From a virus (taxonomy: Duplodnaviria > Caudoviricetes), in the IMG/VR virus record IMGVR_UViG_3300032242_000862, positions 1 through 52,224 of that record: a stretch of DNA of 52,224 nucleotides; one strand, given 5' to 3'. Under the pieces are notes generated by a model. It searched no databases and was not told the DNA's origin. It saw nothing but the letters and a program-made list of their open reading frames with translations. A program made the translations under genes and the position numbers. Below are positions 34,942 through 43,142 of the stretch, piece by piece. Numbering within the stretch: position 1 is the first letter of the stretch; each line of letters opens with the position of its first letter.

Positions 34942-34950
34942 GGGGTAAAA

Positions 34951-35943
34951 ATGGCTGATTCAAAGGACAAACAGGACGAAATCGCTGTGTCGGAGTCGCA
35001 AGACGGCTCTGCAGTGGTTGATTTGCCTGAAAACATGTTGCAAGGCATGGAAGGGGACGACAATGACGCCCCCAAAGACGAAAAATCTGATGGTGGAAGC
35101 GTCAATGACGAGGACAATGACCATCCAGATGACGACGAAGAACTGCGTGCAGCAAAACGCAACCGTCGCCGGGCCAAAAAGGACCTGATTCGCAAGACCA
35201 ATCAGGAAAAAGACGCTCGTTTGACCCAATTGCAACGTGAAAACGAGCAATTCAAGCAGCGTTTGAACCAGTTGGAGCGCAATACCAAGTCTGAGCAGTT
35301 GGTGCGCATCGACAAGCATCTGGAAGACACCCAAGTACGCTTGGAATACGCCAAGATGAAGCTGGCAGAAGCCACACAAACTGGTGACGGCCAAGCCATG
35401 GTCGAAGCCCAGACAATGTGGCAACAAGCGCAAGAAGAGGCACGCAATTTATCCATCATGCGCCAGCGTGCAGACCAAGAATTGCAGCAGCCAAACCAAC
35501 AGGTCAACGTGCCAGATCCAGAGGTGCAGCGCCTTGCCGCCCAATGGATGCGCAAAAACAGTTGGTACAACCCAGACGCAACAGATGTGGACAGTCGGAT
35601 CGCTAAAAAGATCGACGAGGTGATGTCAACTCAAGGCTGGAACCCCACCGATCCCGATTATTGGGAGGAACTGGACAGCCGTTTGCAAAGAGAGTTGCCT
35701 CACCGTTACAATGTTTCCAATGACGACGATTCTCGTAGTGTCAGACGACCAAGGAATGTTGTGGGAAGTGCAGGACGCGAGGCTTCAGCCGCTTATGGTG
35801 GTTCCAATCGCACCCAATTTGTTTTGTCACCTGACCGAGTCAAGGCGATGAAAGAAGTGGGTGCTTGGGACAATCCTGAGCGCAAGGCTCGAATGGTCAA
35901 GCAGTTTATTGAATTCGACCGTCAAAACGGTCGCCGCAACTAA
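34951..35943 (+). CDS. Probable capsid scaffolding protein (330 aa)
   Basis: Acidic N-terminus, long coiled coil, W..KN.WY, Y.EELD.RL and C-terminal LS.....AM...G helix; between portal and capsid. Confidence 0.7.
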   Translation: MADSKDKQDEIAVSESQDGSAVVDLPENMLQGMEGDDNDAPKDEKSDGGSVNDEDNDHPDDDEELRAAKRNRRRAKKDLIRKTNQEKDARLTQLQRENEQFKQRLNQLERNTKSEQLVRIDKHLEDTQVRLEYAKMKLAEATQTGDGQAMVEAQTMWQQAQEEARNLSIMRQRADQELQQPNQQVNVPDPEVQRLAAQWMRKNSWYNPDATDVDSRIAKKIDEVMSTQGWNPTDPDYWEELDSRLQRELPHRYNVSNDDDSRSVRRPRNVVGSAGREASAAYGGSNRTQFVLSPDRVKAMKEVGAWDNPERKARMVKQFIEFDRQNGRRN

Positions 35944-35960
35944 TTTCTGGGGAATACATC

Positions 35961-36509
35961 ATGTCTGAATCTCGTCTTAAAAAATCTCTGAGTGCTGGTG
36001 GCCGCAATGATCGCGCAAGCGAGGACGCAAGCCGTCGAGCACCCGAAGAAAAGTTCATTTCAAATCAGGAACGTCGCAAGATGTGGAGTGAGGAATGGAC
36101 GCAATCAGCATTGCCAAAACTGCCCGAAATTGACGGGTGGCACCTTTGCTGGCTTTCAACAACCAACAGCTATGACAGCATCGATAAGCGGATTCGCTTA
36201 GGGTACGTTCCAGTTAAGTCTGAAGAGATACCCGGCTATGAAGATTACCGAGTGAAGTCAGGTGAACATGTTGGACATATTTCGTGCAACGAGATGTTGT
36301 TGTTCAAACTGCCAATGGACATTTATCAAGAGATCATGATTTATCAGCACCACGAGAAACCTCGTGAAGAGGCTGAGAAGATCCGTGTTCAAGTGGAAAA
36401 TCTCCAAGGTCAGCGTGACAGCAATGGTCGGTCGCTCGTAAATGTTGAAGGCGAAGGTATTGGCTCTATTGAACAGCAACCAAATCGCAACCCCGTTTTT
36501 GCGGGATAA
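35961..36509 (+). CDS. Head-module protein of unknown function (182 aa)
   Basis: GWHLCWL...GYVPV motif; lies in the head operon. Confidence 0.6.
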   Translation: MSESRLKKSLSAGGRNDRASEDASRRAPEEKFISNQERRKMWSEEWTQSALPKLPEIDGWHLCWLSTTNSYDSIDKRIRLGYVPVKSEEIPGYEDYRVKSGEHVGHISCNEMLLFKLPMDIYQEIMIYQHHEKPREEAEKIRVQVENLQGQRDSNGRSLVNVEGEGIGSIEQQPNRNPVFAG

Positions 36510-36526
36510 CATAAAGGAGCTTGACT

Positions 36527-37117
36527 ATGTCAGCAACAAATGCTCCGTTTGGCTTGCGCCCTGCGTTCCATCCTTCTGGTTTGGACCGCGCTCAGGCGCT
36601 GGCTGGCGGTATCACTTCGGGCTACAGCACCCAAATTCTCAAGGGTCAACCTGTAGCTTATTCACCATCTAACGGCGTCATCGTCGCTATCACCGCAAAC
36701 AGCACCAACGCCGCATGGTCTGGCGCTTTCGCTGGTGTTCAGTGGACTGACACCACAGGTCGTGCCCGTGTGTCCAACTATTGGCCTGCAAGCACTGCGT
36801 ACACCGCAGGCACTTGCGTTGCTTACTTCTACAACGACCAAAACATCGTTTATGAAATCCAAGCTGACGGCGCAATGGCTCAGACTACCATTGGCAACGA
36901 GTACCTGTTTACCAACGTGACTGCTGGTTCCAGCACCACTGGTTTGTCGCAAGCCACCTTGGGTGCTTCGACTGCTGTTGGTAATGCAACACAAGGTCAA
37001 ATGCGTGTCGTGGACTTGGCTCCATATGTTGACAACGCTTGGGGCGATTCGTACACCATCGTACGTGTCGTGAACGCTAACTCGCAATTCTTCGGTGCTG
37101 TCACCGCGATTGCTTAA
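36527..37117 (+). CDS. Capsid decoration / minor capsid protein (196 aa)
   Basis: NAPFGLRP, GAFAGV.W and YEIQAD motifs; AAGGAG RBS; directly upstream of the major capsid gene. Confidence 0.65.
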   Translation: MSATNAPFGLRPAFHPSGLDRAQALAGGITSGYSTQILKGQPVAYSPSNGVIVAITANSTNAAWSGAFAGVQWTDTTGRARVSNYWPASTAYTAGTCVAYFYNDQNIVYEIQADGAMAQTTIGNEYLFTNVTAGSSTTGLSQATLGASTAVGNATQGQMRVVDLAPYVDNAWGDSYTIVRVVNANSQFFGAVTAIA

Positions 37118-37136
37118 TTTAAAGGGAGCATAGATT

Positions 37137-38051
37137 ATGGCCGCCCCAATGCGCAGTACGGACTTCCGTTCGATTGTTGAACCCATTCTGAATGAGTGCT
37201 TCGACGGAGTCTATGACCAACGTGCCGACGAGTGGAGCCGTGTGTTCCGTGAAGAAGACGGCATCCCACGTAACTACCACGAAGAGCCCGTGTTGTACGG
37301 TTTCGGCGCTGCCCCGCAGTTGCCTGACGGTACACCAGTGACCTACCAACAAGGTGGTGTCCTCTTCTTGAAACGCTACCTGTACAAAGTGTACGGTCTG
37401 GCTTTTGCCTTGACTAAGGTCTTGGTGGAAGACGGCGACCACATCCGTATCGGTCAAGTGTATGCACGCCATCTGGCTCAGTCTCTGGTGGAAACCAAAG
37501 AACTGTTGGCCGCAAACGTGTTGAACACTGCTTTCAACAGCGCCTATCCCGGCGGCGACGGTGTGTCTTTGACCAACACCGCTCACCCCATCGTGAACGG
37601 CACTTTCAGCAACCAACTGGCTACCGCCGCCAACCTGTCCCAGACTTCTCTGGAGCAGATGTTGATTCAAGTGCGTCAAGCAGTTGACAACAATGGCAAG
37701 AAGATCCGTTTGGTGCCCCGTCAATTGATCGTGGCTCCCGGCAACATCTTCCAAGCTGAAGTTCTGTTGAAGAGCGTTCTGCGTGCTGGTAACGCAAACA
37801 ACGACATCAACCCAGTTAAGTCTATTGGCTTGCTGGACGAAGGTGCCGCTGTGATCTCTCGTTTGACTTCCCCAACCGCTTGGTGGGTCCAGACCGATGC
37901 TCCAGAGGGCTTCAAGCTCTTGATGCGTCGTCGTTTGGAGAAGACCATGGAAGGTGACTTCGAGACTGACACAATGCGCTACAAGGCGACCGAGCGTTAT
38001 GACCTCGGATTCACCGATCCACGTTGCGCTTACGGTACTCCCGGCGTCTAA
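37137..38051 (+). CDS. Major capsid protein (304 aa, Mu gpT-like HK97 fold)
   Basis: GGDGVSL...AHP, PRQLIVAP, LTSPTAWW, GDFETD..RYKATERY..G..DPR..YG motifs; followed by a terminator. Confidence 0.88.
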   Translation: MAAPMRSTDFRSIVEPILNECFDGVYDQRADEWSRVFREEDGIPRNYHEEPVLYGFGAAPQLPDGTPVTYQQGGVLFLKRYLYKVYGLAFALTKVLVEDGDHIRIGQVYARHLAQSLVETKELLAANVLNTAFNSAYPGGDGVSLTNTAHPIVNGTFSNQLATAANLSQTSLEQMLIQVRQAVDNNGKKIRLVPRQLIVAPGNIFQAEVLLKSVLRAGNANNDINPVKSIGLLDEGAAVISRLTSPTAWWVQTDAPEGFKLLMRRRLEKTMEGDFETDTMRYKATERYDLGFTDPRCAYGTPGV

Positions 38052-38059
38052 AGTGACAG

Positions 38060-38088
38060 GGGCTGGCGTAAAAACCCAGCCCTTTTTT
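38060..38088 (+). terminator. Rho-independent terminator after the major capsid gene
   Basis: GGGCTGG-N9-CCAGCCC-T6. Confidence 0.85.
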
Positions 38089-38122
38089 CAAACCTGATCA
38101 TGCTTTTCAAGGAGAAGATCAA

Positions 38123-39115
38123 ATGCCTCAATTTTCCGACGACCTCTTTTTAGGCCCAGCCCAAACGTACATGGGCACTGGCCCTACTAACGTAGAAGCC
38201 GTGTTCGCAGGTTCCGTTTCTGGAACCACTTTGACAATTACTGCACAACTTTCTGGCGATGCTTTGGTTTTGGGCCAATACATCGGCGGTACTGGCGTGA
38301 CTGCTGGTTCATACGTGACCGCATTCGTGACTGGTAGTGGTGCTGCTGGTACATACACTTTGAGCGCTTCTTCAAGCGCCACTGGTGCAATCAACGTGTT
38401 TGCTTCTGGCAACGCACTGTTGGGTGATCCAGCCCCTATGGATCTGGGTGTTGGCCCTATGGGTCGTACATTCATGTGGGATGTGGTACCTCAAGCTCTG
38501 AACACGAGCAACATTGCTGCTTCTCAAACTCCAGCCGCTTCAGGTAATCTGACATTGACTGCTGGTACTTCGGTGAAGTCTGTTACCAATGCTTCTGGTT
38601 CAACCGTGTTGCAACTGGATTGCGCTCGTGCAGTTCAATTGACTACCGCTTCTGGCACAATCTCTACCAGCCGCACTATTACTGTATCTGGTTACGACTA
38701 CTACGGTCAGCCAATGAGTGAAGCCATTGCAACTGGTACAACTTCTTCTGCTGTGGCTAACGTTGCTGGCAAAAAAGCGTTCTATCAGATCACCAGTATT
38801 GCAATCAGCGGCGCATTGCCTGTGGCAATTACTGTTGGTACAACTGACGTTCTGGGCATCCCAGTTCGCGTGGTTGACGCTGGCTACATCGTGAGTGTGA
38901 ACTGGGCCAACACATTGGCTCGTGATGCAGGCACTTTTGTGCAAGCAGACGCTGCAACCGCAACCACTACCACTGGTGACGTTCGTGGAACCTATGTTCC
39001 TTCAACCTCCGCAACCAACGGCATCCGTCGTTTGGTTATGACAATTGGTTGTAACGCAATCATGGTCGGCCCCAACGCAACTCGCGTGGGTGCTCTCGGT
39101 GTGACCCAAGCCTAA
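38123..39115 (+). CDS. Virion structural protein (330 aa, beta-rich)
   Basis: AAGGAG RBS; [20 protein letters not shown] and [14 protein letters not shown] motifs. Confidence 0.65.
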   Translation: MPQFSDDLFLGPAQTYMGTGPTNVEAVFAGSVSGTTLTITAQLSGDALVLGQYIGGTGVTAGSYVTAFVTGSGAAGTYTLSASSSATGAINVFASGNALLGDPAPMDLGVGPMGRTFMWDVVPQALNTSNIAASQTPAASGNLTLTAGTSVKSVTNASGSTVLQLDCARAVQLTTASGTISTSRTITVSGYDYYGQPMSEAIATGTTSSAVANVAGKKAFYQITSIAISGALPVAITVGTTDVLGIPVRVVDAGYIVSVNWANTLARDAGTFVQADAATATTTTGDVRGTYVPSTSATNGIRRLVMTIGCNAIMVGPNATRVGALGVTQA

Positions 39116-39126
39116 AGGAGACTTAA

Positions 39127-40467
39127 ATGTCCAGCTTTAAACCAATGGTCAAAATGATGACCGATGAGCCTTCAGTCATTCTGAAGCTCAAAAAAGGCGG
39201 TCAAGTACACCACAAAATGCATCATGAGATGCGTGATGAGCATGGCCACAAGCCAATGCATCATGAGGCTTTTGAGGCAGAAGAAGGTCATTCTCCTAAG
39301 AAGCCTTCCATGGCCGAACGCCGTCGCTCCATGAACCCCACCATGATGAAAAAGGGTGGCAAGGCCAAGCACGAAGACGCTGCACAAGATCGTGCAATGA
39401 TCAAGAAAGCATTGGCTGGCAAGAAGTTCGCTTCTGGCGGTGCAATTGATCGTGATGAGACCCGCACAACCATTGAGTCTGGTGCAAACAAATTTGCCAA
39501 GACCAAAGTTGTTGATGGTAGTCGTCATGACAAACACCACGGCACTGGCGGCATCCGTGAAGGCGTGCCTGCTGGCTACAAGCATGGCGGCAAGGTTCAC
39601 CGTGTTTCTGGCCATCCAGAGGGCTCCCATGAGCATCACAAGCACATGGCCAAACACCATGCCAAGATGCACAAAGAAGGCGGTTCTGCTCACCACAAAA
39701 AAATGGCCGAGCACCACAAAGCCATGTGCGGCGGCGGCATGATGCACAAAGCCACTGGCGGCGCAATCCCTGCCGACACCAATGAGAAGCTCAACAAGGG
39801 CCGTATCGTGATGGGCGGCACCATTGAGGGCAACGAACGCGACTACGTGAACACTCAGATGCACCAAGCCAAGCGTGATCGCGCTCATGGCACTGGTGGC
39901 ATCAAAGAGCAGAACGCAGGCGGCTTCAAACGTGGTGGCAAGGTTCCCGGCATCGGTCGTGCAATCGAGCATGATGGTGACTGGGAAAACCGTCCCGCTG
40001 ACACCGCCCACAAAGGCGAAGTGAACGGCACCACTGGTGGCGTTCGCATGGCCAACGCTGGCGGCTACAAGCATGGGGGTCATGCCTCAAAAAAGCACTA
40101 CGCCACGGGCGGTAACGTCGTAGATGATGGCAAGGCAGTCAAGATGCCCCATCACTTCGTCAGCCGTCCCGTGGCCAACAGCTTGCAATCTGGTACCTTT
40201 AAAAAAGGTGGCAAGGTAAAGCACTTTGAAGGAGGCGGCGACGCATCCAAGGGTGCTTACGACCGATCCATCGGCCCAAGCGAAGAAGACATGGACATGG
40301 CTCGATCAATTCGCAGCATTCCAAGTCGCTTGTTTGAAGGCGCAAAATCAATGATGGGCATGGGCAGAGAAGCTGGTGCAGGTCGTGGTTTTGTGAATCC
40401 AAAGAGCGTTACCAAGACTGAGAAATCAGTCACGGTAGAACCACGCAAGCGTGGCGGCAGAGCGTAA
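39127..40467 (+). CDS. His/Lys/Gly-rich low-complexity protein with 13 GG motifs (446 aa)
   Basis: AAGGAG RBS; tandem KKGG/KHGG/AxGG motifs and His clusters. Confidence 0.7.
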   Translation: MSSFKPMVKMMTDEPSVILKLKKGGQVHHKMHHEMRDEHGHKPMHHEAFEAEEGHSPKKPSMAERRRSMNPTMMKKGGKAKHEDAAQDRAMIKKALAGKKFASGGAIDRDETRTTIESGANKFAKTKVVDGSRHDKHHGTGGIREGVPAGYKHGGKVHRVSGHPEGSHEHHKHMAKHHAKMHKEGGSAHHKKMAEHHKAMCGGGMMHKATGGAIPADTNEKLNKGRIVMGGTIEGNERDYVNTQMHQAKRDRAHGTGGIKEQNAGGFKRGGKVPGIGRAIEHDGDWENRPADTAHKGEVNGTTGGVRMANAGGYKHGGHASKKHYATGGNVVDDGKAVKMPHHFVSRPVANSLQSGTFKKGGKVKHFEGGGDASKGAYDRSIGPSEEDMDMARSIRSIPSRLFEGAKSMMGMGREAGAGRGFVNPKSVTKTEKSVTVEPRKRGGRA

Positions 40468-40471
40468 ATAA

Positions 40472-40496
40472 GGTAGGGGCTACGGCCCCTGCTTTT
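40472..40496 (+). terminator. Probable terminator
   Basis: AGGGGC-TACG-GCCCCT followed by GCTTTT. Confidence 0.65.
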
Positions 40497-40510
40497 AATT
40501 GGAGAAAATT

Positions 40511-41263
40511 ATGGGAACTTACTCTTCTGCAACCCGACAGGGCGCATACGAGCCGTTTGAATTACAAGTATCGCGTGGCCAAGTTGATGGGCACACGTCG
40601 ATCAACATTTTTGGGTTCAGCACTACTGTTGGCTCAACTGCACTTGGCCCTGTTTGGGAAGGCTTAACGCTTTCTGGTGGTGCATATGCATATCCATCTT
40701 CTGCCGCACCTTTGGTTCTGGTAAGTGATTCAGCATCAGACACATCTGCACTGAGCGTACAGATTCAAGGTTTAGACGCAAATTACGCACCATTGGTTGA
40801 AACCATTGCAATGAATGGCACAACCAACGTAACCACAACCAATTCGTTTTTGCGCATCAACTTGATGACAACAACCAATGGTTTGAACGTTGGCAACATC
40901 ACCGCCAAGATTAGTTCAACCACTTACGCAAAGATTGGCGCAGGCATTGGTCAAACACAGATGTCAATCTACACCGTGCCAAAGGGATACACCTTTTATT
41001 TGTCTTACATTCAAGCAGATGCAAGTATTGGATTCACATCCAGCAACTACATGAAGTACGCTGAATACAACAAAGACAACACGACTGGTGAAATCAATGT
41101 GTTGAACCAAACAACGTTTGTTCAAACCTTGAACATTCCATATACCTGCCCGATTTCTCACACTGAAAAAACTGACATTCAGTTTCAGATTGTTGCCAAC
41201 ACTGGAAGCCCATTCAGTTGCAACATCTATGCTGGCGGCATTTTGATCAAGAACCCCGATTAA
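40511..41263 (+). CDS. Virion structural protein (250 aa)
   Basis: GGAG RBS; IQGLDANY...ETI..NG, FLRIN, GQTQMSIYTVPKG and EKTDI motifs. Confidence 0.6.
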   Translation: MGTYSSATRQGAYEPFELQVSRGQVDGHTSINIFGFSTTVGSTALGPVWEGLTLSGGAYAYPSSAAPLVLVSDSASDTSALSVQIQGLDANYAPLVETIAMNGTTNVTTTNSFLRINLMTTTNGLNVGNITAKISSTTYAKIGAGIGQTQMSIYTVPKGYTFYLSYIQADASIGFTSSNYMKYAEYNKDNTTGEINVLNQTTFVQTLNIPYTCPISHTEKTDIQFQIVANTGSPFSCNIYAGGILIKNPD

Positions 41264-41272
41264 GGATTCACC

Positions 41273-41977
41273 ATGCCATTGGTCAAATCAAAATCTGACA
41301 AGGCTTTTTCAAAGAACGTGAAAGCTGAGATTGCTGCAGGCAAGCCCCAAAAGCAAGCCGTGGCAATCGCCTACAGCGTCAAGCGTGCGGCCAAAAAAGC
41401 CCATGGTGGCTCAATGAACCCCCACGATTACGACAGCGACTGGGACTATCAACGCGCCACTGGTCAATTGGGTAGTGATGAGAACGAGCCAGATTACCAG
41501 CCTCGTCGCTCTGTGATGGCCGAACAGAAGCGCAAAGAAACCGAAAAACGGAAAAACCGTGCTGGCAACGAAGCTGGTGAAATGTACCGTGCATCGGACA
41601 GAGAAGAGTCATTGCGTCAGTTTGGCAGGGTCAATCGTCGCAGTGAATCAGGCAGGCTCATGGAGGCTGCAAAGCGATTGAGCAAGAGTGATTCACCCAC
41701 AGGTGGCTTGATCGCAAACAAGTTGCGCAAAGACTGGTCTGAAAAAATTGGTGGCGGCAAGCCTGCCCCATTCAAATCTGGTGGTGATGTTCACCCCGGC
41801 CTGTATGCAAATATCAATGCAAAGAAGGAAAGGATCAAACATGAAAAAGCTGCTGGATTACCTGTTGAGCGCATGCGCAAAGTTGGTAGCAAAGGTGCGC
41901 CCACCGCAGACGCCTTCAGACAATCAGCCAAAACCGCCAAATTGAAAACTGGTGGCCCTTCACGTTCATGCTGGTAA
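41273..41977 (+). CDS. Basic protein with GKPQKQAVAIA and GLYANI modules and GG motifs (234 aa)
   Basis: MPL.K.KS.KAFSKN...QAVAIAY N-terminus; GLYANINAK...GAPT..AF module; ends in RSCW. Confidence 0.65.
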   Translation: MPLVKSKSDKAFSKNVKAEIAAGKPQKQAVAIAYSVKRAAKKAHGGSMNPHDYDSDWDYQRATGQLGSDENEPDYQPRRSVMAEQKRKETEKRKNRAGNEAGEMYRASDREESLRQFGRVNRRSESGRLMEAAKRLSKSDSPTGGLIANKLRKDWSEKIGGGKPAPFKSGGDVHPGLYANINAKKERIKHEKAAGLPVERMRKVGSKGAPTADAFRQSAKTAKLKTGGPSRSCW

Positions 41978-41980
41978 ATC

Positions 41981-42232
41981 ATGGCAAAAAATCCATCATT
42001 GGCTGTTGGTCGCGGTGAAAAACTACCGACCAACAAGGGGGCTGGCCTTACAGCAAAAGGTCGGGCAAAATACAATCGAGAAACAGGATCGCACTTGAAA
42101 GCACCTCAGCCTGAAGGCGGTGCAAGAAAAGATGCTTTCTGTGCTCGAATGTCGGGAGTGGTCGAGCACTCAAAAGGCGATGCTGAAAGAGCAAAGGCAT
42201 CATTAAAACGGTGGAAATGTCCTAATTGGTAA
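41981..42232 (+). CDS. Small basic protein (GLTAKGRAKYN...FCARM type, DUF6321-like)
   Basis: GLTAKGR..YN..TGS.LKAP...FCARMSG...SL.RW.C motif. Confidence 0.65.
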   Translation: MAKNPSLAVGRGEKLPTNKGAGLTAKGRAKYNRETGSHLKAPQPEGGARKDAFCARMSGVVEHSKGDAERAKASLKRWKCPNW

Positions 42233-42243
42233 AGGAAAAAATC

Positions 42244-42804
42244 ATGGCAAAAGTTCGTAAAATGGCAAATGGTGGATTCATGCCACCGTACTATGGTAAT
42301 GATGACCAGAGCGCAACAGGCGGCTTGGGTAGGGTCAACGCAGGCGCGGGAACCATTGGTACTGCTCTTAAAACAGCAAAGTCTGCAATTGGTGGAGACA
42401 ATGGTAGCAATGTTATGTATCCCATCGACTTACCACAACAACCAGAAGTTGATTATGTAACTGGGCCATCCCGAAAAAAAGGTGGCTCAATCAAGAAAAC
42501 TAAACACATGGCTGGTGGCGGTGGTATGACTATTCGCGCTCCTGATTATCCATCTGACTATGGTGACAACAGTGCTTTTGGTGGCTTGAAGCAAGTCAAC
42601 AGTGGTGCAGGAACAGTTGGAACTGCATTGAAAACTGCATCTGGTGCTATTGGTAGTGATGGTAGCGATCAAGGGTTTCCAAACGGACCTATTGAGTACA
42701 AAAAAGGTGGATCTGCCAAGAAAGCTGATTCAGGCCGCATCCATATTGGTACCAGCAAAATTTCCACTGCCCAGAAAAACAAAAAGCATTCCAATTGCTG
42801 GTAA
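42244..42804 (+). CDS. GG-motif protein with two copies of an ~30-aa Gly/Ala-rich module
   Basis: AAGGA RBS before the ATG at 42244; internal duplication. Confidence 0.65.
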   Translation: MAKVRKMANGGFMPPYYGNDDQSATGGLGRVNAGAGTIGTALKTAKSAIGGDNGSNVMYPIDLPQQPEVDYVTGPSRKKGGSIKKTKHMAGGGGMTIRAPDYPSDYGDNSAFGGLKQVNSGAGTVGTALKTASGAIGSDGSDQGFPNGPIEYKKGGSAKKADSGRIHIGTSKISTAQKNKKHSNCW

Positions 42805-42813
42805 GGGTGCATC

Positions 42814-43134
42814 ATGCCTAAAGTCAAACGGATGGCCAGTGGTGGTATCACCAGCATTGGCGGCTTGATTTATGACGGCACTGGTGACGGTGGAGGCAAT
42901 GACGCCACCAGCGGTCTAAGGCAGGTAAATTCTGGCGCAGACACCATTGGTTCGGCATTGAAGATGGCTGCAAGTGCAATCGGTGGTGGGGACACTGGGA
43001 ATAGCATTCCCGGCACCCCCATTCCCGAGACATCTAGTCCCCTTTTATCAAAGAAAAAAGGTGGATCGGTTAAGCATGCCTATGCAGCCAAAATCAGAAC
43101 TGCTCAGAAAAACATTAAGCACCCAAATTGGTGA
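42814..43134 (+). CDS. Paralogue of the upstream gene with one module copy
   Basis: Shares KVxxMAxGG, the module, KKGGS and KIxTAQKNxKH..W. Confidence 0.65.
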   Translation: MPKVKRMASGGITSIGGLIYDGTGDGGGNDATSGLRQVNSGADTIGSALKMAASAIGGGDTGNSIPGTPIPETSSPLLSKKKGGSVKHAYAAKIRTAQKNIKHPNW

Positions 43135-43142
43135 GGTAACGC

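Noticed and set aside
39172-40083. Long antisense ORFs (also 25505-26254, 32797-33564, 19490-20275, 37119-37754)
   Set aside because: They shadow well-supported plus-strand genes and have no recognisable motifs or supporting operon context.
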